Below, piece by piece: positions 9,263 through 17,697 of a DNA stretch of 64,000 nt; within the stretch, counting starts at the first letter, position 1; every line of letters starts with the position of its first letter. A program made the translations under genes and the position numbers. The stretch is from an uncultured Microbacterium sp. (GTDB lineage Bacteria > Actinomycetota > Actinomycetes > Actinomycetales > Microbacteriaceae): contig NZ_CALTTX010000006.1 of NCBI RefSeq assembly GCF_943912325.1, positions 11,737-75,736 on the forward strand. Reading direction: 5' to 3'. The notes under the pieces were generated by a model. The model was not told where the DNA came from and ran no database searches. It saw only the letters and a list, made by a program, of their open reading frames with translations.

Positions 9263-10012
9263 ATGGATGACATGACCGATCTGGACGCGCTCGTCCCGCC
9301 CCACGAACCCGCCGAGGACACGCTCGCCTTCGCCGGCAAGGCCGCGCTCTCGCTGGTTCCCGTCGTCGGCCCCCTCGCCGCCGAGACGCTCGCGCACGCG
9401 CTGGAGACGAGGCAGGCCGAGCGACAGCACGAGTTCAACGTCGCGATCGCGCAGGCACTCACCGACGCGATCTCGCGGCTGGATGAGGCTGCGACGATCG
9501 AGGACATCGTCGGGTCGGACGAGTTCATCGCCGCGGTCACCCGGGCGCAACGCGCCGCGGCCGAGACCGCCAGCCACCACAAGCGACAGCGTCTGGCCGC
9601 CGCGGTCGCCAACGGCGGGTCCTGGGCGCCGTTCTCGGCCAGTGAGCGTGAGCAGTTCACCCGGCTGGTCGACGAGTTCGACGAGCTGCACGTCTGGCTG
9701 CTGCACTACTTCGCCGACCCCACCGGCTGGCTGCAGTCCCGAGACCTCTACGCCCAGCACGCGAACCTCATGATGGGCGGCATCGACGGGCCGCTGGGCA
9801 CCGCTCTCGGCGTCCCGCAGAATGTCTGGCGCGGACCCGTCGGTCAGGCCGCCTCGGACCTAGACCGGACAGGGCTTGCCTCGATTCCGCTGACCACGAT
9901 GATGACCCCGCAGGGCGTGTTCGCACCGCGCACGTCCGAGAAGGGACGACGATTCCTCGCGTTCATCAATGAACCCGACTCTCTGTCCGCGAATCCGCCG
10001 GCGTCCCTATGA
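9263..10012 (+). CDS. Hypothetical protein (249 aa), no recognisable domain
   Basis: An ORF with good GC3 bias. Its stop overlaps the start of the downstream small ORF (ATGA). It is element cargo of unknown function. Confidence 0.55.
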   Translation: MDDMTDLDALVPPHEPAEDTLAFAGKAALSLVPVVGPLAAETLAHALETRQAERQHEFNVAIAQALTDAISRLDEAATIEDIVGSDEFIAAVTRAQRAAAETASHHKRQRLAAAVANGGSWAPFSASEREQFTRLVDEFDELHVWLLHYFADPTGWLQSRDLYAQHANLMMGGIDGPLGTALGVPQNVWRGPVGQAASDLDRTGLASIPLTTMMTPQGVFAPRTSEKGRRFLAFINEPDSLSANPPASL

Positions 10013-10179
10013 TTCCGATCGACCCCGTCGACATCGACGGCTTGCCACCCGGCCGGAACTGCCCGGCTTGCGGTGAGCCGCTCGAGCCTGGTCACATCGA
10101 CGACTCGCTGCAGTTGGTCTGGCTCTGCCCCTCCCACGGCGTTGTCGACCGCACCATCGACCCGCTCCGAGGCCTGTGA
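10009..10179 (+). CDS. Small zinc-ribbon protein (56 aa)
   Basis: The product is MIPIDPVDIDGLPPGRNCPACGEPLEPGHIDDSLQLVWLCPSHGVVDRTIDPLRGL, with C-x2-C ...(18)... C-x2-H. Its start is coupled to the upstream ORF stop. It is too short for the ORF track. Confidence 0.4.
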   Translation: MIPIDPVDIDGLPPGRNCPACGEPLEPGHIDDSLQLVWLCPSHGVVDRTIDPLRGL

Positions 10180-10198
10180 CAGTCACACGCAAGGATGT

Positions 10199-10870
10199 CT
10201 AGTTGTACTGACCGGGGACATTAGTTGACGCGGGCGGAGGCGGTGGGAGCACTCGCGTCAAGGCTCCCGCATCACCAGCGACCTGCACACCTCGTGCGAT
10301 AGCAGCGGGTAGGGGCATCGCGCCTTGCAGGAGTGCCACCAGGATCGGCCCCGGCCCCGTGACCGTCGCCAGGGGGCTGGTGTCGCGTTGGCAGGGGTTC
10401 ACCGTGATGGTGCCGCTGGCTGCGGTGAGGTCAAAGCCGTCGACGAAGGTGCCGAACCGGATGACGACCGCGGGATCGTCCGGTCGGTGATCTTTGAGGA
10501 GGAATCTAGCTGGTTGGCTGAGCCAATGCATCTGGAAGATCGCGTCGCTCGGTGCATCCGGAACTGTCGGGGCACCCCATTTGAGAAGCTCACGCAGCAC
10601 TCCATCTAGGGCCCGGCCGCGGTCGGTGAGCTGGTATGTCGGTGTGCCCGAGGTGCCCGATGAGGGCTCGCGGACGACGACCCCGTTCGTCTCGAGGTCG
10701 CGCAGGCGCTGGGTGAGCAGGTTCGTCGCAATACTAGGCAGGCCCCGTTGCAATTCACCAAAGCGCAGTTCACCCTCGATCAGGAGCTCCCGCACGATCA
10801 GGAGAGTCCAGCGATCGCCGACGATATCCAGCGCGCGGGCGATTGAACAAAGCTGACCGTAGGACTTCAC
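10199..10870 (-). CDS. HxlR-family winged-helix transcriptional regulator with a C-terminal extension
   Basis: The N-terminus CSIARALDIVGDRWTLLIVRELLIEGELRFGELQRGLPSIATNLLTQRLRDLETNGVV is the HxlR DNA-binding signature. It is divergently oriented to the NTF2/TfoX pair. Confidence 0.8.
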   Translation of the reverse strand: MKSYGQLCSIARALDIVGDRWTLLIVRELLIEGELRFGELQRGLPSIATNLLTQRLRDLETNGVVVREPSSGTSGTPTYQLTDRGRALDGVLRELLKWGAPTVPDAPSDAIFQMHWLSQPARFLLKDHRPDDPAVVIRFGTFVDGFDLTAASGTITVNPCQRDTSPLATVTGPGPILVALLQGAMPLPAAIARGVQVAGDAGALTRVLPPPPPASTNVPGQYN

Positions 10871-10939
10871 GTGACCCTCTTGACTTTATCAAGTATCTGC
10901 TTGAAAGTATCAAGCACTATTCTCACATCAAGGAGAGTC

Positions 10940-11326
10940 ATGCCTGCCACCTTGTCTTCAGACGCGCCACAGGTCCTCAAGGTCTACTACCGGGTCCTCG
11001 AGTCCGGCATCGACGACTACCAGGACGGGGCGACCCTGCGATCCCTGCTGGGCGACCACCTCGACTTCACCGGCTCCCTCGCTGGTCATCTCCCCGATGC
11101 GACCGAGGGCTTCCTGGTCGGCGTAGCCGGCTTCATCGGGACGGTCCAGCAGATCGAGATCATCCACGACGTGCACAGTCCTCACGGGTCGGCCGTGCTC
11201 TACACCGCAACCATGCCCGGCGGCCCGATGACCTTCGCGGAGTTCTTCACGTTCGACGGCGGGCGCATCACGTCATTGAACCTGCACTACAGCGGTCCCG
11301 AGTACATCGAGAAGGGCGGGCGATGA
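10940..11326 (+). CDS. NTF2-like/SnoaL-like small protein
   Basis: The start MPATLSS.. follows an AGGAG RBS. The 128-aa product has a nuclear-transport-factor-2-like composition (..VLKVYYRVLESGIDDY..FDGGRITSLNLHYS). Its stop overlaps the next start. Confidence 0.55.
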   Translation: MPATLSSDAPQVLKVYYRVLESGIDDYQDGATLRSLLGDHLDFTGSLAGHLPDATEGFLVGVAGFIGTVQQIEIIHDVHSPHGSAVLYTATMPGGPMTFAEFFTFDGGRITSLNLHYSGPEYIEKGGR

Positions 11327-11655
11327 CGGACCAGGAGGACCTCATCGAGCGGGTACGTGAAGCGCTAAGTGACCGCAGCCCTCGTGAAGTGTCCATGTTC
11401 GGCGGCGTGTCCTTCATGATCGAGGGACGCATGGTCGTCGCCGCGCGCCGAGAGGGAGAACTCCTGCTGCGCATCGACCCCATGGCCGCGAAGGACCTTC
11501 TCGCCCGCCCCGGTGCCCACCCCGCGCTGATGGGAGCAGACCGCCCCATGGGCGACGGCTGGATCAGCATTGAACAGGCTGCCCTCCAGGGGGCCGGGCT
11601 CGACGCCTGGCTCGAACCCGCACTGTCCTTCCACACGGCGCAAGGCGCCCAATAG
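11323..11655 (+). CDS. TfoX/Sxy N-terminal domain protein
   Basis: The sequence ..REVSMFGGVSFMIEGRMVVAARREGELLLRIDP..PGAHPALMGADRPMGDGWISI matches the TfoX_N fold (MFGG..G.MF....d.L.lK). It is translationally coupled (ATGA) to the NTF2-like gene. Confidence 0.7.
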   Translation: MTDQEDLIERVREALSDRSPREVSMFGGVSFMIEGRMVVAARREGELLLRIDPMAAKDLLARPGAHPALMGADRPMGDGWISIEQAALQGAGLDAWLEPALSFHTAQGAQ

Positions 11656-11676
11656 ACCACTCTCCGTACCCGCATT

Positions 11677-11712
11677 CATCAGTGGCCGGCCGCAAACGTG
11701 GCCGGCCACTGA
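11677..11712 (+). terminator. Perfect GC-rich hairpin (cagtggccggcc / loop gcaaacgt / ggccggccactg) followed by ctgtttc
   Basis: A 12-bp perfect inverted repeat sits directly after the TfoX_N gene stop, followed by a short T-containing tract. It could alternatively belong to the IS481 left end. Confidence 0.45.
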
Positions 11713-12722
11713 TCTGTTTCAGGAGGCACTATGAGCCATCGCAATGCCGCGCTGACCCCACGCCATCGTCTGCGAGTCGCTCGACTCGTCATCGAGGACG
11801 GGTGGCCGATCAGCGAAGTCGCCGCCCGCTTCCAGGTGTCGTGGCCCACCGTGAAGCGGTGGGTCGATCGCTACGTTGCTGGTGAGCCGATGCAGGATCG
11901 GTCGTCGCGCCCGAGATCCTCGCCAAACAAGACGAGCACGAAGATAACGAAGCGGTGCGTGAGTCTACGAATGCGCCTGAGGGAAGGGCCCGTCCAACTC
12001 GCCTCCAGGCTCGGCATCGCCCCGTCCACGGTCCACCGCATCCTCAAAGGTGCCCGCATGAACCGGCTCTCCTACGTCGACCGTGCCACCGGCGAGACGA
12101 TCCGCCGGTACGAACACGACCATCCTGGCTCTCTTGTGCACGTCGACGTGAAGAAGCTCGGGAACATCCCCGACGGCGGTGGCTAGCGCTACGTCGGCCG
12201 GCTCCAAGGAGAACGAAACAGAGCTGCCACTCCTGGGAGGTCGAAGAACAAGTGGCGCAATCCGAAGCTCGGGTACGCGTTCGTGCACACGGTCATTGAC
12301 GATTATTCCCGCATCGCCTACACCGAGGTTCACGACGACGAGACCGCTGCCACTGCCATCGGGGTCCTGCACCGAGCATTCGAGTGGTTCGCCGACCGCG
12401 GCGTCACGATCGAGCGGGTCCTGTCCGACAATGGTGGCGCCTACCGATCCAACCTGTGGCGAGACACGTGCGAGGCGCTATCGATCGCTCCAAAGCGAAC
12501 ACGGCCGTACCGACCGCAGACCAACGGCAAAGTGGAGCGCTTCCACCGGACTATGGCCGACGGGTGGGCGTACGCACGGTGCTACACCAGCGAGCACGAA
12601 CGCCGCGACGCTCTCACCAACTGGCTCCACCACTACAACCAGCACAGGCCCCACACCGCCTGCGACAATCGACCACCCTTCTCACGATTGATCAACGTCT
12701 CCGATCAGTACATCTAGTTGCC
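11700..12722 (+). mobile_element. IS481-family insertion sequence (about 1.0 kb). Its transposase is inactivated.
   Basis: The IS481 transposase N-terminal HTH (11731..12186) and DDE domain (12283..12717) are in the same frame. They are separated only by a TAG at 12184-12186 in the motif GGG*RYVGR (expected GGGWR). The terminal sequences at ~11716-11735 and the reverse complement of ~12706-12722 are similar (aggcactatgag vs aggcaactagatg). Confidence 0.7.
11731..12717 (+). pseudogene. IS481-family DDE transposase with an in-frame amber stop
   Basis: Typical motifs include HVDVKKLGNIPDGGG, then after the TAG KWRNPKLGYAFVHTVIDDYSRIAYTE ... DNGGAYRS ... YRPQTNGKVERFHRT. Confidence 0.8.
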
Positions 12723-15047
12723 TCACGACGCCGAGAATGTCTTGACTAGCGACTCGAGGTCTTCGTGAGGGAGCGCGCGTAGGGCCTGGCCGCTGCCGAG
12801 CTCCCACATCGAGAAGCCGTCCTGGCCGTCGGGCGTGCCGTCGGTCTTCCACGTTCCCTCGGTCACGAACTTCACCTGGACCGTCGTGGAGACATCCTTG
12901 TGCGGCTGGATCGACAGCAGCTTGCGTCGGGCGTCGCCCTCGACGAGATGGTCGCCCTTCGTGTCGACACAGATGACCGTGTCGCCGGACCACACGAGGA
13001 AGTCCGGGAAGAACCAGATCGTCTGCCCGAGCGACACGAGCTGTATCCGGTAGCCGGTCTGCGAGCGGTTCCTCGCCCACGTGAGGCCCGTGTCGTCGAG
13101 AGCGCGGGCGAAGCGCCGCTCGAAGTCGTTGAGGCCGTCGTAGCCCTCGTGAAGCGCGTTCTTGAACGTTTCCATGGATCCGCGGCGTACGAGCGTGCTG
13201 CCGATCTCGTATGGCTTGGGCTTGAGCTGCTTCAGCACCGCGTGGCGGAGGTACTCGTCGACGGCCTCGGCAGCGTTGTCGGCGAGGCTCGCGTACGCCC
13301 GACTGCCGACGCCGACCTTCGCGTCGAACTTCTGGCCATCGGTATCCATGACTGTCAGCGCGAGCCGATAGCGCCGGGAGACCTCGCGCTGGAAAACCCA
13401 TCGAGCGTTGACACGGTTGGACTGCTCAAAGTCCTCCCAGTCGGAGTCGGTCGCGTCGCCCGCGCCGATCGCCTGGACGACGGTGCGTCGCCGACCTTGG
13501 CCGCGGGTGTTCACCGCGTCCTGGGTGTAGTCGAGAACCTTGTCGAGCACCTTCTGCACCGGCTTCACTGTCGCCTCGTTGTCGACACCAGTACGGGGTA
13601 TGTGGCGCGATTCCTTCGGCTCGAGATTCACCGGCGTCTCCGTGCCGGGCGGGGAGGTAAGGATCCGCACCTCAGGGGCATCGCCACCGAGGCCCCGCCG
13701 CACGTCTTCCACGATGTCTTTGAACACGTCGTTGCGGTCGACTCGCACGTAAAAGTGCGCAGTGTTGAGCCTGTCCGCCTCATAGTGCATCGCCCCTGGC
13801 TGGCGTAGCACGCGCCCGACCACCTGAGTGATCTGGACCGTCGACTCCATCGTCTTGTCGACGTACGCGAAATACACGGCCGGGTCGTCCCAGCCTTCCT
13901 GGAGCGTCTGATTGAAGATGATGTGCCGGTAGTCGCCTGCCACGAAGTCGTCGTAGTCGCTCTCGCCGCCGCTGAAGAGCACGAAGTCCGCCGGTAGCGG
14001 GAAGTCCTTGTCGGTCTTGAGATTCGCGTACACAGCGACCTCGTCGGCCGGGATCCCGCACTGCTCGGTGAGATACCGCCAGATCTGGATCGGCGGGGCC
14101 TGTCGCTGGTCGAAGAGTTGCTTCGGGTCGTCCGTGCGGCTCGCGTCGTCCGCGAGGATGTTCGTGTTGCAGACGTAGATCGCCTTCGGCGCAAAGCGGA
14201 GGCCCTCCGCCTGCGCGGCCGCCTCGGCTTCGCGCATGTCGGTGAGCATCTCGGAGACGGTCTCCTCCATCGGCGCGTTGAGCCCGTCGAGCGAAATCAT
14301 CCCTTTGACGAGGCCAGAGGCGACGACCGTCGAGGATTTCACCGACGTGATGAGCGCTTCATCTGTGTAGCCGGCTTGCAACCGCAGAGGCTGGATGACC
14401 TCCGTATCAAATTGCGCCGGGAACCGAAGCGTCGCGCTCGCGAGCAGGAACACACCGGGCTGCTGCTCGAGGAGGAGGTGCGTCTGCTGATCGGAGAGGT
14501 TCTGCGCTTCGTCGTAGACCACGACAAGCGGCCGGCGCTGGCCGTCAGCGGTCTCGCGAACCTTGAGGGCCTCCCACCGTGTGGTCTCGATGCCGTCGAT
14601 GTCGTTCGAGAAGATCTTCAGGTTGCTCTTCTCGCGATCCTTCTGGTTGAACGTGCCGACCGTGGCGAAGTAGAGCAGAGCCTCCTTCGCATCGGCGACG
14701 TCGGCCGGGTCGTACTCACTGAGCAGGCGCACCGTGATGCCCGGGAGGAGGTGACTGTACTTGCCGCCGTTCTCGAGGTTCGCGAAGCTCTGCTGGACGA
14801 CGACCTTGCCCTTGGACAGCCACAGGATTACGGGCGGGATCTCCGACATCGCCACGATCTCGCTGACGGCCTGCGCCAGGATTGCGGTCTTCCCGGATCC
14901 CGTGATCGAGCTCAACGCCTGGTAGAACGGCACCTCGCGCTTGCTGTCGCGGCGTCCCATGACGACAGGATCGGCGTCGTATTCGAAGTACCGGTCGGCC
15001 ATCTGCGAGGCCGCGTCCTGCTGGAACTGGAAGAGCTCGAGCGCCAT
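12723..15047 (-). CDS. res: Type III restriction enzyme Res subunit (SF2 helicase-like ATPase plus endonuclease)
   Basis: A Walker A motif (GSGKTA) and a DEAQN box are present. It has typical Type III Res length and organisation. It lies immediately downstream of mod, with the mod stop and res start 4 bp apart. Confidence 0.85.
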   Translation of the reverse strand: MALELFQFQQDAASQMADRYFEYDADPVVMGRRDSKREVPFYQALSSITGSGKTAILAQAVSEIVAMSEIPPVILWLSKGKVVVQQSFANLENGGKYSHLLPGITVRLLSEYDPADVADAKEALLYFATVGTFNQKDREKSNLKIFSNDIDGIETTRWEALKVRETADGQRRPLVVVYDEAQNLSDQQTHLLLEQQPGVFLLASATLRFPAQFDTEVIQPLRLQAGYTDEALITSVKSSTVVASGLVKGMISLDGLNAPMEETVSEMLTDMREAEAAAQAEGLRFAPKAIYVCNTNILADDASRTDDPKQLFDQRQAPPIQIWRYLTEQCGIPADEVAVYANLKTDKDFPLPADFVLFSGGESDYDDFVAGDYRHIIFNQTLQEGWDDPAVYFAYVDKTMESTVQITQVVGRVLRQPGAMHYEADRLNTAHFYVRVDRNDVFKDIVEDVRRGLGGDAPEVRILTSPPGTETPVNLEPKESRHIPRTGVDNEATVKPVQKVLDKVLDYTQDAVNTRGQGRRRTVVQAIGAGDATDSDWEDFEQSNRVNARWVFQREVSRRYRLALTVMDTDGQKFDAKVGVGSRAYASLADNAAEAVDEYLRHAVLKQLKPKPYEIGSTLVRRGSMETFKNALHEGYDGLNDFERRFARALDDTGLTWARNRSQTGYRIQLVSLGQTIWFFPDFLVWSGDTVICVDTKGDHLVEGDARRKLLSIQPHKDVSTTVQVKFVTEGTWKTDGTPDGQDGFSMWELGSGQALRALPHEDLESLVKTFSAS

Positions 15048-15049
15048 GA

Positions 15050-16993
15050 TCAGCCCTCCTCGGTGAACGATTCGGTGCGGACATCCAGCCCGAAGTCGGA
15101 CAGGATCCGGTCGGGGATCTGGTACCACGTCACGTCATCGGTGACGAGAAGATTGCGACGGCTGTACACGTGGTAGTGGTCCGCCAACCCGGCCGCATCG
15201 GCTTCCTCGGTGATCGTCTCGTACACATTCTCGGTGAGGTCGGGGCTGGAGTTCGGTCCCGACCAGACGAGGAAGATGCCCTCGTTCGCAGCGTTCTTCG
15301 CGACCAAGTACGCGTACGGCTCACTGTGACGCTCGACCGGAATGAGCACAGCCGCGCGACGGCTGCCGGTGCTCGAGTGCGAGGCGATGACAGTGTCGAC
15401 CATCTCGTCGCGCTCCATGAGCAGCAACGTCTTGGCGTCGACCTTCTTCTCAAGCAGCTTGAAAGTGAAGCCGCCTCCAAGCGGCTTTCCCTGCCCGTTC
15501 GCCCAATCACCGTTGACCACGCGAGCAAGACGATCGGCTGTGAGCGTCTTGGCGTAGGAGTCACCCCGTTCTGGGCGTCCCTGCTCGATGAGAATGAACC
15601 GCCGGTCGCTACCCGACATCTCGTTGAGCGCGAGGACAGCGTGGCCCGTCGTCCCCGACCCACCGAACGGGTCGAGGACAGCGCCACCATCCGGGGCCCA
15701 GAGCTGGATGATCTTCATCATGAGCTTGAGCGGCTTGACTGTCGTGAACCCGTGCCCCTTGCCGACGATCGCAGTGAGCTCGGCCGCGCCGTCGCTACTC
15801 CTGCCAGACTCCTCGAAGTCCCAGGACGTCGAGCCGAGTTCGTCGGGGAGATCCATCTCCTCATCGGCCCAATAGGTGATCGGAACCTTCCCCTTCCTGA
15901 TCCTCTCAAGGTATGTCTTCGTCCGAGGACGCCCCTGCCCGTCGCGGCCAAACCAGATGAAGGGCCACGCCGGCTCCGCCAACCGCGCCTCGGCCCGCTT
16001 GGCGACCTCGGGGCCGTAGCCGTCGACAAGCAGAAGTGCCTTGGCTTTGCCGTCGCCGATGGCCTGCTCGTGGTACAGGGAGCCCCACTGCTCGAGCCAC
16101 GCCTGGATGTTCCGCTTTGGGTGCCGCCACGCGCCCTCACCAGCGGGGTAATGCAGCTCACCTGTGAAAGGCGACTGGATGGCGTAGTCGCCGCTGTGGG
16201 CCCACGTTCGCGCCGTGAGGTTGCCCTCGCGCCACAATCCGATGGGGTCGGAGTCCGGGTTGCCGTAGCGTCGGTTGTCGGCGTCAGTACGGTCCATCGA
16301 TGCAGTCTTGGCGCGGGCGAGGTCGCGTGCGTAGACGAGCACATACTCCGTCGTAGCCGTCACGCCGCCCTTGTCCGAGCGTGGGGCGGCCGTCTTCTGC
16401 CAGTTGATGATTGCGAGCCGGTTCTCCTCGCCGAACAACTCGTCGAGCATCTGGCCGAGATGGAACAGCTCGCGGCTGTCGATGCAGATCGCGAGCACAC
16501 CAGACGGCTTCAGCATCGCTCGCATCATCTGCAGGCGCGGATACATGAACTTCATCCACTTGGTGTGCTTCGCGGGGTCGTCGCTGCCCACGAACTCGCC
16601 CATGTCGGGGTCGTTGGGGTCTGTGTCCCACTTGTCGTTGTAGCGGAAGTCGTCGCCCGTGTTGTACGGCGGATCGGTGAGGATCAGGTCGACGTGGCCC
16701 CGCTCGCGGTACAGGGAGGCCAGCGCCTGCAGGTTGTCGCCCTCAATCAGGAGGTTCCGCGCGCGGCCGTGCTCGTCGCCCGCGCTGTACTTCTGGATCG
16801 TCCGCTGGTTGCGCGGGCGCACTCGGCGGCCGAGCTGCCGGGCAAGGACCTTGCCGGGGAACGAGAGGTTCACGCCAGCTCCGGTCTTCTCGCGGATCAT
16901 CTCGATCAGTTGCTCGACGGGCAGATCTTCCAGAGCAAGCGAATCGTCCACGATGTGTCCTTTGGTTGGGGGCGGCGCAGGTCGTTCTGGCAT
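15050..16993 (-). CDS. mod: Type III restriction-modification methyltransferase Mod (N6-adenine)
   Basis: The DPPY catalytic motif (LILTDPPYNTGDDF) and the AdoMet-binding FGGSGTT motif (VLDPFGGSGTTGHAV) are present. It is the first gene of the mod-res operon. Confidence 0.85.
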   Translation of the reverse strand: MPERPAPPPTKGHIVDDSLALEDLPVEQLIEMIREKTGAGVNLSFPGKVLARQLGRRVRPRNQRTIQKYSAGDEHGRARNLLIEGDNLQALASLYRERGHVDLILTDPPYNTGDDFRYNDKWDTDPNDPDMGEFVGSDDPAKHTKWMKFMYPRLQMMRAMLKPSGVLAICIDSRELFHLGQMLDELFGEENRLAIINWQKTAAPRSDKGGVTATTEYVLVYARDLARAKTASMDRTDADNRRYGNPDSDPIGLWREGNLTARTWAHSGDYAIQSPFTGELHYPAGEGAWRHPKRNIQAWLEQWGSLYHEQAIGDGKAKALLLVDGYGPEVAKRAEARLAEPAWPFIWFGRDGQGRPRTKTYLERIRKGKVPITYWADEEMDLPDELGSTSWDFEESGRSSDGAAELTAIVGKGHGFTTVKPLKLMMKIIQLWAPDGGAVLDPFGGSGTTGHAVLALNEMSGSDRRFILIEQGRPERGDSYAKTLTADRLARVVNGDWANGQGKPLGGGFTFKLLEKKVDAKTLLLMERDEMVDTVIASHSSTGSRRAAVLIPVERHSEPYAYLVAKNAANEGIFLVWSGPNSSPDLTENVYETITEEADAAGLADHYHVYSRRNLLVTDDVTWYQIPDRILSDFGLDVRTESFTEEG

Positions 16994-17240
16994 GTTCCGC
17001 TCATGCCAACCACACGTCTACATCCTACGAGCGGGGGCAGACGTTGGTCGGATCCGAAGGGCGCCGGCAAGGCAGAACACACCTGCCAGCACGCAGCGAA
17101 GTCGGACTACTTCAAGCCCTCACGCGCCGAACCGATGACTGCGCAACCATACTCAACAGGCGCGGGCACGCCAGTGATCGAGATCAGCACCCGCATCGAC
17201 ACTCCCGCCGGCTAAAGCGCGAGGTTCAACTCCGCGACAT

Positions 17241-17275
17241 GCCAATCGCTCCGCGAACACTCGCGACCCCGCCCG
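17241..17275. repeat. Right junction (attR-like) of the integrative element. The core tcgcgac lies at 17260-17266.
   Basis: The same 7-bp core is found at 4670-4676, with imperfectly repeated flanks. The host dprA N-terminal coding sequence begins immediately to the right. Confidence 0.5.
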
Positions 17276-17697
17276 TCAGCACCGAGGGCCGAGTCAGCCG
17301 AAGCGCCCCGCCGCCACAGGCAGAACGGCGCATGGTTCTCGAGATCGTCGAGCCCATCGGGCCAGGCCACATCCCCGGGGATGATGACACGGAGTCCCGC
17401 CCGGTCCGTCAGTTCGAGCGCTTCGTTGAGCGCGCGCCGCGTCGCGCGCGGGCGCCACCGCCGAAGCCCTTCGCCGACCTCCCTGTGGTTCATGAGAGCC
17501 GGCGCCGGCTCTCGCGCGGTGATCGCCTCGAGCGCGGCAACCGCTCCGAGCTCGGCCACGAGCGCTCCCGCGACCCCGTCGCCGGGTTCGGTCACGATCG
17601 CCCAGGCGATACGCGCACAGCGCTCGGCGTCCACATGATCGGCCCGCACGGCACCCAGGAGCATCGGCTCGCACGGCGGAACCTCGCGGGCGCTCAC
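17260..17697 (-). pseudogene. dprA: DprA N-terminal fragment (SAM-like N-domain and start of Rossmann domain). It is separated from its C-terminal part by the 12.6-kb insertion, and also carries an internal frameshift.
   Basis: The translation ..VIIPGDVAWPDGLDDLENHAPFCLWRRG, then (in the +1 frame) ALRLTRPSVLTGGVA, joins perfectly to AIVGARAATAYGE at 4676 when the intervening element is removed. Its start overlaps the comM stop. Confidence 0.8.
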
